Under the pieces are notes generated by a model. The model saw nothing but the letters and a program-made list of their open reading frames with translations, did not search any database and was not told where the DNA came from. Shown one piece after another: positions 1-10,203 of a stretch of DNA of 64,000 nucleotides; the first letter of the stretch is position 1, and the number at the start of each line of letters is the position of its first letter. This stretch comes from an uncultured Alphaproteobacteria bacterium. GTDB lineage: Bacteria > Electryoneota > RPQS01. Made by a program: the position numbers and the translations under genes. The stretch is taken from the NCBI GenBank assembly GCA_964530625.1, contig CAZHAK010000002.1:106756-170755 (forward strand), written 5' to 3'.

Positions 1-1012
1 AGCACTTGAGAACATGGGTGTGCCGGCTTTTGCGGACTCGCGATTGCGGAATCTGCGGATGATACGCGACTATGCTCCGAAGATGAGTACGTGGTATCTG
101 CGATTGCCACACTTCTCGGCCATTGGGCGGATTGTTTCGATGTCTGAAGTCAGTTTGAACAGCGAGGAAGAGCTCATCGTCGCGTTGAATGCCGAGGCGG
201 CTCGCCAGAACAAGATTCACGGCATCATCGTGATGATTGAAGTCGGTGATTTGCGCGAAGGGATTTTGCCCGGTCACTTGGTTCAGTTTTACGAGAACAT
301 TTTCCAGCTTCCCAATGTCCGGGTGCTGGGTATAGGCGCCAACATCGGGTGCTTGTCGGGTTCGGTTCCGAATCCTGAGCAGTTTATGCAGTTGGCGATG
401 TACCACGAGCTCTTAGAGCTCAAGTTCAAGAAGAAGCTGCCGTTTATCTCCGCAGGAGCATCGAGTGCGTTGCCGCTTTTGCTTGAGGGGGGGTTGCCAG
501 CGGGAATCAACCATTTCAGAATCGGTGAAGCGGTGTTTTTGGGAACGGATTTGGTGCGCGGAGGAATCCTGCCCGGGTTGCGCGGTGACGCGATCACACT
601 TGAGGCGGAAGTCGTAGAAATCAAGGAGAAGAGTTTAATCGCGATGGGCGATACGAGTTTGATCACTCCGTTTGAATCGAGTTTTGAGCAGCCGGACGTG
701 GAAGGCTCGGCCAGCAGAAGGGGGTATCGTGCCATTGTGTCCGTCGGACAATTGGATACGGACGTCGGGGGATTAGTGCCGCGGAATCCGCAATTCAAGA
801 TTGCGGGCGCGTCGAGCGACGTGACGGTTTTGAATGTCGGCGAAGAGGATGCGGGAGTGAGGTTGGGCGACGTCGTGAAATTCGATGTCAACTATTCCGC
901 GCTGGTGAGATTGATGAACAATACTTATACTGACCGTGTGCTGTTGCCGGAAACGGAAGCTGAGAAGAAAGCGGTTGCGCAAACGGAGGCTACGAAGTTA
1001 GCCACAGCGTAG
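1..1012 (+). CDS. alanine/ornithine racemase-family PLP-dependent enzyme, 5'-truncated at window edge
   Basis: ORF open to window start (first Met at 14). Translation shows alanine-racemase-like barrel segment (GIIVMIEVGDLREG) and C-terminal beta domain. Hairpin terminator follows. Confidence 0.5.
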   Translation, partial: ALENMGVPAFADSRLRNLRMIRDYAPKMSTWYLRLPHFSAIGRIVSMSEVSLNSEEELIVALNAEAARQNKIHGIIVMIEVGDLREGILPGHLVQFYENIFQLPNVRVLGIGANIGCLSGSVPNPEQFMQLAMYHELLELKFKKKLPFISAGASSALPLLLEGGLPAGINHFRIGEAVFLGTDLVRGGILPGLRGDAITLEAEVVEIKEKSLIAMGDTSLITPFESSFEQPDVEGSASRRGYRAIVSVGQLDTDVGGLVPRNPQFKIAGASSDVTVLNVGEEDAGVRLGDVVKFDVNYSALVRLMNNTYTDRVLLPETEAEKKAVAQTEATKLATA

Positions 1013-1028
1013 AACATCGAGAATTGAT

Positions 1029-1060
1029 AAAGCCCCGGCCAATTCGGTCGGGGCTTTTTG
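1029..1060 (+). terminator. rho-independent terminator after racemase-family gene
   Basis: AAGCCCCGG..CGGGGCT stem followed by TTTTTG. Confidence 0.6.
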
Positions 1061-1316
1061 TTGTCATAAAGACTGTTTTACTCAGGGATAGGAATTCGAG
1101 AAGCATTCTCTTTCGTCCACTGCGAAAAGGTCTTCAGTTCAGGATTAAAGGAGCGGGAAGCACGCGCACCGACGAACAATGTTTGGAAGTCGTGAATGTC
1201 TTGAACAGTATTCACCGACGGTTTTGCCGATATACTTGTCGCCGCCTTCGAAGATACTAAAAGCGCACTTGCTGATGTCTTCGAGTGACGACCAGCTGAT
1301 TTAGGGTCAAGCAAAC

Positions 1317-1340
1317 GGCCCCGTGAAATCTCACGGGGCC
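1317..1340 (-). terminator. hairpin downstream of trxA
   Basis: Perfect GGCCCCGTGA.atc.TCACGGGGCC hairpin, but weak U-tract. Confidence 0.4.
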
Positions 1341-1365
1341 GTCGCATTTAGAAGGAACCTTTTAC

Positions 1366-1704
1366 TTAGGCAAGCAATGCGTCGACACGAGCTTTCAGCG
1401 CGTGTTTGGGAAGTGCGCCGACCTGACGGTCAATCATCTCGCCGTTCTTAAAGAACAGCAGCGTGGGAATCGAACTGACATGATACTGGCGGCTGATATT
1501 CGGCGCTTGATCGACGTCGACTTTCGCAAAGGCTACTTTGCCGGCATATTCATTGGCCAATTCTTCCACGATCGGCGCGATCATGCGACAGGGTCCGCAC
1601 CAATCGGCATAACAATCAACGACTAATAGGTTGTTGGTTTTTACAGCATCACCTAACGACTGATCGGTAACTTTAAGCACTGCGTTGGCAGCAATATTCG
1701 ACAT
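1366..1704 (-). CDS. trxA: thioredoxin
   Basis: 112 aa, WCGPC active site, thioredoxin fold-length. Confidence 0.85.
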   Translation of the reverse strand: MSNIAANAVLKVTDQSLGDAVKTNNLLVVDCYADWCGPCRMIAPIVEELANEYAGKVAFAKVDVDQAPNISRQYHVSSIPTLLFFKNGEMIDRQVGALPKHALKARVDALLA

Positions 1705-1756
1705 AGTCTGTCACTCCAAAATTAAGATATGTATAACAGGCAGAAGCGCAAGCGGT

Positions 1757-2260
1757 TTAGAGTAACCCTTGGATTTTCTGCTCAAAGAATTCTTTGGGGC
1801 GATAGCCGACGACGGTTTCAGAAATTTCACCGTCTTTGCCGATGATAAAACAGGTCGGAATCGAGCGCGGACGGCCAAAAATCTGTGCGGCTTCGTCACC
1901 GAAGATGCCGATCGGATAGTTGATTTTCATTTGGTCCGAAAAGGCTTGAACTTTCGGAGCGCCTTCGCGAGCGAATGCGAGACCGACGACTTCGACTTGG
2001 CCTTTGTATTGATCATACAGATCGATGAAATGCGGAATCCCTTTTCGGCAGGGCCCGCACCACGTATCCCAGATGTCAACGATGACGACTTTACCATAGA
2101 ACGAGCGCGCGTCAACAATCTCGCCACTGGTGGTCTTGTAAGTGAAATTCAATTTCTTCGCATCTTCCACCTTGGCGGTGGCCTGTTTGGTACCGCCTTC
2201 ACCGCAACCGATGGATGCGAGCATGAAGGTTGCCAAAACCAGTGACAATAGTGTTTTCAT
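1757..2260 (-). CDS. TlpA-like thiol:disulfide oxidoreductase lipoprotein
   Basis: Signal peptide with lipobox (LASIGC), WCGPC motif and thioredoxin-like fold. Start set at internal Met 2260; the ORF extends to 2359. Confidence 0.7.
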   Translation of the reverse strand: MKTLLSLVLATFMLASIGCGEGGTKQATAKVEDAKKLNFTYKTTSGEIVDARSFYGKVVIVDIWDTWCGPCRKGIPHFIDLYDQYKGQVEVVGLAFAREGAPKVQAFSDQMKINYPIGIFGDEAAQIFGRPRSIPTCFIIGKDGEISETVVGYRPKEFFEQKIQGLL

Positions 2261-2446
2261 GGAGGCTTTCGTGTTTACCTTGCTATACAGTTTAATCATC
2301 AAGGGGCTCCCGGGATCAATGGGTGAACGTGTGACCTTGTAGGTAGGTTCCAATTCCATAAGATACGGAAAGTTGACCGGAGAAACAAGTATTTGAGGCG
2401 AGCCTGTATGCGTGTTGTTTATGGTTGTAATCCTTGAAGTTGTGAT

Positions 2447-3472
2447 TCATTTTGGGGTATGAAGGGTACGTCCGACGGCAGGAGCGATGAGTTTCAGACT
2501 TTCCATCATCCCCGATAGTTGTGTGGGGTAGAGGGACTGATAGCCATCGGATAGGGCACGGTCGGGATCGGGGTGCATTTCGACAATCAGCCCGTCAGCG
2601 CCTACCGCAACAGCCGCACGAGCGAGTGGTGAAACCATTTTGCGATGTCCTGTGCCATGGGAAGGATCAACGATGATTGGCAAGTGCGACATGTCTTTGA
2701 CCGCGGGGACAATGTTCAAGTCCAATGTATTGCGGGCGAAGTCTGAGAAGCCGCGGATACCGCGCTCGCACAAGATTACATTATAGTTTCCGGTGGAGAG
2801 AACGTACTCTGCGGCATTTAGGAGTTCATCCAATGACGCTGCGGGACCGCGTTTCAAGAGCACGGGCTTGCCGCTTTTGGCGACGACTTCTAACAGCGAA
2901 TAATTTTGCATGTTGCGCGCGCCGATTTGCAGCACGTCAATATAGGGTAAGGCCAGCACACAGGATTCGTTGTCTACGACTTCGGTGACAACCGGCAGCC
3001 CGAAATCCTTTCCTGCGGCTTGAATCCACTCGAGAGCTTGTTTGCCTAATCCTCGAAATGAATACGGTGACGTGCGGGGCTTGAAGGCTCCGCCGCGCAA
3101 CAGCTGTGCGCCGGAGTTTTTGACCACTTCCGCTGACTTGAAAATTTGTTCGCGGGATTCAATCGAGCATGGTCCGGCGATAATGGCAAGTTCTGCTCCT
3201 CCGACACGCACATCGCCGATTTGCACAATGGTATCTTCGGGTTTTGTTTCGCGCGAAACGAGCTTGAAGGATTTTGTGACGCGCACGGCCTGCACGACGC
3301 CGGGCAACTCTTCGAACTGCGCGGCGGTCAATGGCCCGGAATTTCCTGTGATGCCGATTGCGGTGCGCGACTCGCCGGGGATTTCGTGCCCGCGCAGGCC
3401 AATGGACTCGATATATGAGACGACGTTCTTGATTTGCTCAGTCGTCGCCTCGCGGCTCATGATGATTAACAC
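2447..3472 (-). CDS. aroF: 3-deoxy-7-phosphoheptulonate (DAHP) synthase, type I-beta with N-terminal ACT-like regulatory domain
   Basis: Colinear with Thermotoga/Bacillus-type DAHPS (IAGPCSIESREQ, KPRTSPYSF, GARNMQN, VDPSH). Lies 12 nt downstream of trpA in the same orientation. Confidence 0.8.
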   Translation of the reverse strand: MLIIMSREATTEQIKNVVSYIESIGLRGHEIPGESRTAIGITGNSGPLTAAQFEELPGVVQAVRVTKSFKLVSRETKPEDTIVQIGDVRVGGAELAIIAGPCSIESREQIFKSAEVVKNSGAQLLRGGAFKPRTSPYSFRGLGKQALEWIQAAGKDFGLPVVTEVVDNESCVLALPYIDVLQIGARNMQNYSLLEVVAKSGKPVLLKRGPAASLDELLNAAEYVLSTGNYNVILCERGIRGFSDFARNTLDLNIVPAVKDMSHLPIIVDPSHGTGHRKMVSPLARAAVAVGADGLIVEMHPDPDRALSDGYQSLYPTQLSGMMESLKLIAPAVGRTLHTPK

Positions 3473-3484
3473 GGGCAGTTTCTC

Positions 3485-4297
3485 CTATGCGGAAAGGGGA
3501 TGATCAATGGCATCCCGTAATGACGTGACAAATTCGCGCGTGAATCTTCGCGCATGCTCAAGTGTCTTAGATTCTCCAATGCCGTCCAACAGCGCGCTTC
3601 CGACAATGACACCGTCTGAAACAGAAGCCAGCGTGCGCGCGGACTCTGGTGACGAGACTCCGAATCCCGAGAGAAAGGGAGTGGTGAGTGTAGCTTTCAG
3701 AGCGGATAGGTAACGCTTGACGTCGGGATCCAACGAGGTTCTCGCACCGGTTACTCCGGTAACGGCTACGGCGTAGATGAAGGGCGCATCGAGTAGATCA
3801 ATTTGGGCGATGCGGTCGGCGCTGGACGTCGGCGCAAGAAACGGAACTCGCGGAAGATTCATGTTCTTTGCTTGTGTTTCAATCTCGAGAAACTCGTTGC
3901 TATGCACGGGCCACTCAGGGAGGATGAGTCCGCACAGATTTGCAGTCTTCGCACTTGCGAGAAACTCATGAGTTCCTGTCACGCTGTTTAAGTAACCCAT
4001 GAAAACAGTTGGGCCGAGTGCACTGGCTTGCGCGGCAAGATTGAAGTAATCTTCAGAGGTTAATCCGTTATCGAGGACGAGTTGCGACGCCGCTTGAATC
4101 GTCGGGCCGTCGGCCAGGGGATCAGAGAAGGGCATTCCCAACTCGAGAAAGTCCGCTCCGCCGGCAAAAATTTCTTGACACAGCGAGACGGTCCACTCTC
4201 GCTTGGGAAAACCGCAGGTGAGATAAATCGCGAGCAGCTTCCGTGATTGGCTCTTCGCGTCGCGGATCAACTTGTAAAGATCAGAGGTGCGCGCCAT
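3485..4297 (-). CDS. trpA: tryptophan synthase alpha chain
   Basis: [17 protein letters not shown] motif. Start at Met aligning to E. coli TrpA N-terminus; longer ORF to 4360. Confidence 0.85.
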   Translation of the reverse strand: MARTSDLYKLIRDAKSQSRKLLAIYLTCGFPKREWTVSLCQEIFAGGADFLELGMPFSDPLADGPTIQAASQLVLDNGLTSEDYFNLAAQASALGPTVFMGYLNSVTGTHEFLASAKTANLCGLILPEWPVHSNEFLEIETQAKNMNLPRVPFLAPTSSADRIAQIDLLDAPFIYAVAVTGVTGARTSLDPDVKRYLSALKATLTTPFLSGFGVSSPESARTLASVSDGVIVGSALLDGIGESKTLEHARRFTREFVTSLRDAIDHPLSA

Positions 4298-5456
4298 ATG
4301 TCCCCATATCTTTGTCGCCGCGTCCGGAGAGGCAAACGATAGCCGTTTGCCTGAAGCCATCTTCTTTCATTTTGCTGAGGTGCGCTAACGCGTGGGCAGA
4401 TTCGAGCGCGGGGATAATCCCTTCGAGCTTTGCTAGGTCGCGCGCGGCGGTGAGGGCTTCATCATCGCTGACTCGTACATATTTGACGCGGCCACTATCA
4501 AAGAGAAAACTGTGCTCGGGGCCGATGCCGGGATAGTCTAGTCCTGCGGAAATCGAGTGTGCTTCGAGAATTTGTCCATCGTCATTTTGCAATACGTAAC
4601 TGCGTGAACCGTGCAAGACTCCGGGTGTGCCGCGAGTCAACGCTGCGGCATGATGCAGGGAGTGATCGCCTTCGCCTCCGGCTTCTACGCCAATCAATTG
4701 AATGTTTTCATTTACGATGAATGGAAAAAAGAATCCGATAGCATTGCTGCCACCACCTACGCACGCAAGCAACACATGGGGAACGATGCCGCGCTGGCTG
4801 CATTGGTCGCGGGTCTCTTCTCCGATGACTTTTTGAAAATCGCGCACCATCATAGGATAAGGATGCGGTCCGACGACACTGCCGATTAAATAGAAGGTAT
4901 CGCGAACATTCGTTACCCAGTCGCGGATCGCTTCGCTTGTCGCATCTTTCAATGTTTGTGTGCCAGAGGTAACAGGCCGCACGGTTGCGCCGAGCATTTT
5001 CATGCGCGCGACGTTGGGTGCTTGCCGCTCCATATCTTTCGCGCCCATATACACGACGCACTCAAGACCAAAGCGAGCACAGACGGTTGCAGTCGCGACG
5101 CCGTGTTGTCCTGCACCTGTTTCGGCGATGACGCGCGGTTTTCCGGCACGCTTCGCGAGCAGTGCTTGTCCGAGCGCGTTGTTGAGTTTATGCGCGCCGG
5201 TGTGCAAGAGATCTTCGCGCTTCAAGATAACTTGAAAACCCATTGCATCACTTAAGCGTTCGGCGGGATAGAGCGGAGTGGGGCGGCCCGCAAAATCATG
5301 CAAGTGCCATGAAAGTTCCTGATGAAACGACGGATCTACAGCCGCGGAGCGATAGGCTTGCGCAAGCTCTTGACAGGGTGCGACCAATGTTTCGGGAATA
5401 AATTGTCCGCCGTAGGAGCCGAAAAAGCCGTGCTTATCAGGAAAGGAATAGGTCAT
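4281..5456 (-). CDS. trpB: tryptophan synthase beta chain
   Basis: [16 protein letters not shown]-lysine motif, 391 aa. Confidence 0.9.
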   Translation of the reverse strand: MTYSFPDKHGFFGSYGGQFIPETLVAPCQELAQAYRSAAVDPSFHQELSWHLHDFAGRPTPLYPAERLSDAMGFQVILKREDLLHTGAHKLNNALGQALLAKRAGKPRVIAETGAGQHGVATATVCARFGLECVVYMGAKDMERQAPNVARMKMLGATVRPVTSGTQTLKDATSEAIRDWVTNVRDTFYLIGSVVGPHPYPMMVRDFQKVIGEETRDQCSQRGIVPHVLLACVGGGSNAIGFFFPFIVNENIQLIGVEAGGEGDHSLHHAAALTRGTPGVLHGSRSYVLQNDDGQILEAHSISAGLDYPGIGPEHSFLFDSGRVKYVRVSDDEALTAARDLAKLEGIIPALESAHALAHLSKMKEDGFRQTAIVCLSGRGDKDMGTYGAHL

Positions 5457-6040
5457 TATTGAATCTGGCTGCGAACTAAGTACTCAATCTTTATCATTGT
5501 CAGAGGGTCTTTGTGGCGATCATCTCGCTGAATACCGCGAGCGATGTCCACTCCAAAGGGACGGCACTGCTCAATTCGTTCCACAATATTCGTCGGGTCC
5601 AATCCACTTGCGACAATGATGGGTCTGTCGCCGGGCAACTCGTCTTGAATTCCTGTAAAAGCCGGATCGTCAATCATCCAGGCGAAAGCTTTTTGATGCG
5701 GGTAGAGCAAATGCAACTCTGACGAGTCTCTTGTTGCTTTGATGTAGGGTAAGTTAAAGGACTCCGCAAACTCCGCGCTCTCTTGTCCGTGGAATTGGAG
5801 CATGTCGGGGTTAGCAAGGTCGATTCTTTGCTCAACAAACGACGAGTCGGCATCCTGAAAAACCAAAACAAGTTTAGCTTTTCCGCGACGCATCTTTCCG
5901 AGTTTTGACAATTCCGCATCTGAAACGAAACGAGGCGTATCGGGAACGCAGATCAGACCGACCGCATCAATCCCCAGTGCAATGGCAAAACTATAGTCTG
6001 TTGAATTGCAAAAGCCGCAGTATTTTATCCACACACTCAT
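5456..6040 (-). CDS. trpF: phosphoribosylanthranilate isomerase
   Basis: IKYCGF N-terminus, PRAI TIM barrel; 1-nt overlap with trpB. Confidence 0.75.
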   Translation of the reverse strand: MSVWIKYCGFCNSTDYSFAIALGIDAVGLICVPDTPRFVSDAELSKLGKMRRGKAKLVLVFQDADSSFVEQRIDLANPDMLQFHGQESAEFAESFNLPYIKATRDSSELHLLYPHQKAFAWMIDDPAFTGIQDELPGDRPIIVASGLDPTNIVERIEQCRPFGVDIARGIQRDDRHKDPLTMIKIEYLVRSQIQ

Positions 6041-6801
6041 CGTAACAACTCGGACAGAGTTTTGCCGGGATCGGGTTGCTTCATCATGAAACTGCCGATC
6101 AATACGGCGTTAGCTCCTCGCTTGTGCATTTGGTCTAAATCAGATTTGCTTTGTAACCCACTCTCCGCAACCTTGAGTTCACGCGGCGGCAACAGGGGGA
6201 AAAGGCGAGCGCTGGTGTCTAAATCAATTTGCAAGGTGGTCAGGTTTCGATGATTCACGCCCCATGCAACGCCGGAAAGTCCTTCCGCTTTTTGCAAATC
6301 ATCTTCGTCATGCAATTCAAGAAGCACTTCAAGATTCACGTCAGACGCAAGTTGTCTTAGCTCCAGAAGTTGTTCACGCTCAAGCATTTTTGCAATCAGC
6401 AGAATCGCATCTGCGCCGATTTGCCGGGAGCGCCAGATATCGTATTCGTCAAACAGGAAATCTTTTCGCAGCACGGGCAGGGAGGACAAGTGCTTCGCTC
6501 GTTTGATATTTTCGAGCGCGCCGCCGAAAGAATGTAACTCTGTCAGCACGGACAAGGCTGAAGCGCCTGCGGTTTCGTAGGATGCCGCAATCGCTTCGAC
6601 GTCGTTAAGTTTGCGCAAAACGCCTTCACTGGGTGATTGAAATTTAATCTCGGCTATGACACTCAAGCGATCTTTCGTCAGTGCGCGCAGAAAATCTCGC
6701 GGTGGTTCAATATCTCGGGCGCGTGACTTCAATTCAACGAGCGGTATCGAGATGTCACGAGTGGCACGCCGCTTCTTGAGAATATCTTTCAGAATGCTCA
6801 T
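6037..6801 (-). CDS. trpC: indole-3-glycerol phosphate synthase
   Basis: IAEIKFQSPSEG, LSVLTE motifs. Start trimmed to Met at 6801, making an ATGA overlap with trpD. Confidence 0.8.
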   Translation of the reverse strand: MSILKDILKKRRATRDISIPLVELKSRARDIEPPRDFLRALTKDRLSVIAEIKFQSPSEGVLRKLNDVEAIAASYETAGASALSVLTELHSFGGALENIKRAKHLSSLPVLRKDFLFDEYDIWRSRQIGADAILLIAKMLEREQLLELRQLASDVNLEVLLELHDEDDLQKAEGLSGVAWGVNHRNLTTLQIDLDTSARLFPLLPPRELKVAESGLQSKSDLDQMHKRGANAVLIGSFMMKQPDPGKTLSELLR

Positions 6802-7799
6802 GTCGTGCGCAGGGAATTCAGATATGCCTTGAACGCTCCGCTGGAAACGCATTCGCGGGCGGAAAAGACTGCTGCTTCGAAACAACCTACTCTCTCGGCC
6901 AACATGAGAGCCGGGGCGCAGTTTGCGACAATCCAATCGCGCAACTCGAGTTCCTGCCCGTCCGCGACGGCGAGCAGTCGCTTCGCGTTGTGTTGGTCGT
7001 CGCTCCCTGCAATCGCAGTGCGGTCAACCGGGGATGCGCTCCAGCCCGAGGCGCGCCAAACACCCTCTGAAATGTTGCCGTCGCGGAGCATACAGTAGTG
7101 AGTGTCGCCGTCGAGCGCGATTTCGTCCAAGCCCCCCGCGCCATGCACGGCGATGACAAATTCGGAACCGCTTTGCGCTAAAGTCTCCACCAAGGGTTGC
7201 ATCCACTTGGGATCAAAGACGCCGATGAGTTGCCGCCTAACCCTTGCGGGGTTTGCGAGCGGCCCGAGCAGATTGAAAATTGTGCGGACCTCAAGCTCTT
7301 TACGAACAGACGCGACGCTCTTCATTGCGGAATGAAAATGCGGTGCGAACAGGAAAGCGAAATTGTATTGAGCAAGCGATAGTTCTGCTTCAACCGCAGT
7401 TGCACAGAACGGAATATTGAGCGCGTCCAAGAAATCCGCGCTGCCTGACTTTGACGAGACAGCGCGATTGCCGTGTTTGGCGACCGTGACGCCACAGGCG
7501 GCAGCAAGTAGTGCGGCGGCCGTGGAGAGATTGAAACTATGACTGCCGTCGCCGCCGGTTCCGCACAGATCAACGGTGAGTTTGTCGGTACTCCTCACTC
7601 TGATCATGTGAGCGCGCATAGTGTCGAGAAATCCGGACAGCTCGTCGACCGTTTCACCTCGCGCATGTAATGCGCTTAGCAGCGCACCTATTTCGAGCGG
7701 CGACGAGTCTGCTTGAAAGAGTAACTCACAGGATTTAGCGGCATCTTCGCGCGAAAGTGTGCCCCCGTGTACGACTTGTTTCAAGAAGTCACGCAGCAT
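6798..7799 (-). CDS. trpD: anthranilate phosphoribosyltransferase
   Basis: DLCGTGGDG, KHGNRAVSSKSGSAD motifs. Confidence 0.85.
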   Translation of the reverse strand: MLRDFLKQVVHGGTLSREDAAKSCELLFQADSSPLEIGALLSALHARGETVDELSGFLDTMRAHMIRVRSTDKLTVDLCGTGGDGSHSFNLSTAAALLAAACGVTVAKHGNRAVSSKSGSADFLDALNIPFCATAVEAELSLAQYNFAFLFAPHFHSAMKSVASVRKELEVRTIFNLLGPLANPARVRRQLIGVFDPKWMQPLVETLAQSGSEFVIAVHGAGGLDEIALDGDTHYCMLRDGNISEGVWRASGWSASPVDRTAIAGSDDQHNAKRLLAVADGQELELRDWIVANCAPALMLAERVGCFEAAVFSARECVSSGAFKAYLNSLRTT

Positions 7800-8377
7800 T
7801 ACTTGGCGCTCGCAGTCATAGCCAGAAAATTCGCGAGCAGTTTCTCGCCTTCGGGTGTAAGTATGGATTCGGGATGAAACTGCACTCCTTCTATGGGCAA
7901 TGACTTGTGCCTTATACCCATGATTTCGCCGTCCTGTGTGCGCGACGAAACTTCTAGTTCATCGGGCAAGCCAACTTGTGCGACGATCAACGAATGATAG
8001 CGACCCGCCTCAAACGGATCGGGCAATCCGCGATAAATTGTCCGACCGTCATGAAAAATTTTCGCCGATTTGCCGTGAACCAATGATGGCGCGGCAACGA
8101 CTTTTCCTCCGAAATGTAATCCGATCATTTGATGACCTAAGCATACTCCGAGGATCGGAAGTTTGCCAATCGTCCCCGCGAGAATGTCCGGCATGTTGCC
8201 AGCGTCTTCGGGACGACCGGGGCCGGGGGACAGAATCAGCGCGCGCGGATTTTTGGCAAGCAGCTCGTCGCAGGTGATCTCGTTATTGCGCGCGACTTCG
8301 ACACGTACACCTGTTTTGCCGACGGCTTGCACGAGATTGTAGGTAAAGGAGTCGTAGTTATCGAGGACAAAAATCAT
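7799..8377 (-). CDS. trpG: anthranilate synthase component II (glutamine amidotransferase)
   Basis: GVCLGHQ catalytic Cys, class I GATase. Confidence 0.85.
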   Translation of the reverse strand: MIFVLDNYDSFTYNLVQAVGKTGVRVEVARNNEITCDELLAKNPRALILSPGPGRPEDAGNMPDILAGTIGKLPILGVCLGHQMIGLHFGGKVVAAPSLVHGKSAKIFHDGRTIYRGLPDPFEAGRYHSLIVAQVGLPDELEVSSRTQDGEIMGIRHKSLPIEGVQFHPESILTPEGEKLLANFLAMTASAK

Positions 8378-9738
8378 TTCTGAACTAAGAGCTTCAGCGC
8401 GCGCTCGATTGCGGCGGCCTTGTGTTCGGTTTCTGCGCGCTCGTTTTCCGGAACGCTGTCGGCGACGATACCCGCGCCCGCTTGATAGCTAAAAACTCCA
8501 TCGCGCAAAACAGCAGTACGCAGCATGATGCAGAATTCCGCGTTGCCGTCCGCGCCCAGAAAACCCGCGACTCCCGAATAGAAATCGCGCGGCACGGGCT
8601 CATTCTCGAGAATAATTTCAAGAGCGCGAACTTTGGGCGCGCCGCTGACAGTTCCTGCGGGAAACGAGGCCGCCAGCGCGTCGGTGGCAGTGAAGTCATC
8701 GCGCAGTTTCCCCCGCACGTCGCTGACCATGTGCATGACGTGACTAAAGCGAAGAATAGACCCAAGGTCTTCAACTTTGACGGAGCCGAAATCGCAGGCG
8801 CGCCCGAGATCATTGCGCGCCAAATCCACCAGCATCATGTGCTCCGCACGCTCTTTGGGGTCGGCTCTTAAGTCGCGCTCGAATTGCAGGTCGGCAACGT
8901 CGTCGCTGCCGCGTGGTCTTGTTCCGGCGATGGGATTGATGCGCACTTCGCGGTTCGACACTCCGACGTGCAGCTCCGGAGAGGCTCCGATGAAAGTCCC
9001 GACGGGAGTTTCGTGATAGAACATGAACGGCGATGGATTGACTCTGCGGAGTGCGCGATAGAACTGGAATGCGTCGCCCTTGGCCTCGCGGGTGAATCGC
9101 TGTGACAGCACGCCTTGAAAAATATCGCCCGCGACGATGTGTGATTTGAGTTTTTCGACAGATGATCTGAAATCTACGGGATCAAAACTGCTGGAGCGCG
9201 GCCCGGTTTCAAAGCTACTACGCTGAGAAGCAAGCGGAGCATCCAGAACCCGACTGAGTTCGCGCAGTCTGCTGTCATTTGAGTCGGAAGATTGATCAAT
9301 GAGTTTTAGTTCATGCCGCAAATGATCGAAAATCACAAACTGCTTGTAATTCCCCAGCCATGCGAGCGGTGCGGAACTCTTCTTTGTTTGATCAAGCCGT
9401 TCGAGTTCGTGAATCCAATCAAAACCGATCACACCAATCAACCCGCCGGAGAAGGGCAACGGCTCGGAGGCTGATTCCTTGTGACTGTTCTTCTCGAACT
9501 CGGTCAATAAGTTTCGCAATGAGCCACTTGCGGTGACACCCTGAATATCTGCGCGGGCATGACCGGGCGAATCCGCTGTTATCGCTCCGTCAAAGTCCAG
9601 ACCAATAAAGGAATATCTTCCGAAGCGCTCTCCGCCAGTCGCGCTCTCCATCAGGAACGGAGCACGACCCAGCGACCGCAGCTTCAGAAAAGCGGCGACG
9701 GGAGTGAGCAGATCGGCGGAAAGAGTTTGTATAGTCAT
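8374..9738 (-). CDS. trpE: anthranilate synthase component I
   Basis: Chorismate-binding domain. Start at MTIQTL (9738); the ORF extends to 9762 through the terminator. Confidence 0.85.
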   Translation of the reverse strand: MTIQTLSADLLTPVAAFLKLRSLGRAPFLMESATGGERFGRYSFIGLDFDGAITADSPGHARADIQGVTASGSLRNLLTEFEKNSHKESASEPLPFSGGLIGVIGFDWIHELERLDQTKKSSAPLAWLGNYKQFVIFDHLRHELKLIDQSSDSNDSRLRELSRVLDAPLASQRSSFETGPRSSSFDPVDFRSSVEKLKSHIVAGDIFQGVLSQRFTREAKGDAFQFYRALRRVNPSPFMFYHETPVGTFIGASPELHVGVSNREVRINPIAGTRPRGSDDVADLQFERDLRADPKERAEHMMLVDLARNDLGRACDFGSVKVEDLGSILRFSHVMHMVSDVRGKLRDDFTATDALAASFPAGTVSGAPKVRALEIILENEPVPRDFYSGVAGFLGADGNAEFCIMLRTAVLRDGVFSYQAGAGIVADSVPENERAETEHKAAAIERALKLLVQK

Positions 9739-9745
9739 TAGCAGA

Positions 9746-9775
9746 AACAAAAAACCACGCAAGAGTTATGCGTGG
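9746..9775 (-). terminator. trp attenuator intrinsic terminator (CCACGCA-TAACTCT-TGCGTGG + UUUUUUGUUU), 17 nt upstream of trpE ATG
   Basis: Read from minus strand: 7-bp GC-rich stem, 7-nt loop, then U6GU3. Confidence 0.7.
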
Positions 9776-9804
9776 CAGGTCAAGGGTCAGAGACGTTCAA
9801 TCCG

Positions 9805-9882
9805 TCAGACAATACACTCCTCGACGCTGCCAAGTTGCCAGCGCCAGACCCACGGCGAGGATGTGAAAAAGTGTGACTTCAT
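9805..9882 (-). CDS. trpL: trp operon leader peptide (25 aa, MKSHFFTSSPWVWRWQLGSVEECIV) with three Trp codons
   Basis: Minus-strand ORF ATG 9882 to TGA 9805. Trp codons at positions 11, 13, 15. Sits between the predicted promoter and the attenuator terminator. Confidence 0.65.
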   Translation of the reverse strand: MKSHFFTSSPWVWRWQLGSVEECIV

Positions 9883-9904
9883 GGTGCGATCATCATTATT
9901 CAAC

Positions 9905-9933
9905 AATATAGTTTCGAGTCTGCCGAAAGTCAA
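9905..9933 (-). promoter_or_regulatory. sigma70-like promoter of trp leader/operon (TTGACT-17 nt-TATATT)
   Basis: Hexamers read on minus strand; -10 ends about 20 nt upstream of leader ATG. Confidence 0.5.
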
Positions 9934-10203
9934 GGGTCGGTGTCAAAATTTCCTAATGCCTCCATTTTCCCGACGAAATGCAACTGGCGGGAGAATTCTG
10001 TCGGTCACAATTCAAGACAAACTTATTAAAGGAATCAAAAACAAAGTTTTAGTTATGATGACCCTAACCGAATGTGCAGTTTATACTAACATAGTTAATT
10101 ATGATAGTACTCGAACTTCCTTGACTTCCAATGAGGATGGAAATATATTAGCTATACTGCAACCGAAACGAATTGTTAACATGAAAGGACACGGAGCAGC
10201 CTT

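Noticed and set aside
1060-1316. Minus-strand open frames between the two terminators, including the 89-aa ORF 1078..1347 and a start-less frame encoding ...FEGGDKYIGKTVGEY...
   Set aside because: No start codon in the more protein-like frame, and the ORF starts inside the terminator hairpin; at most a decayed gene remnant, so treated as non-coding spacer.
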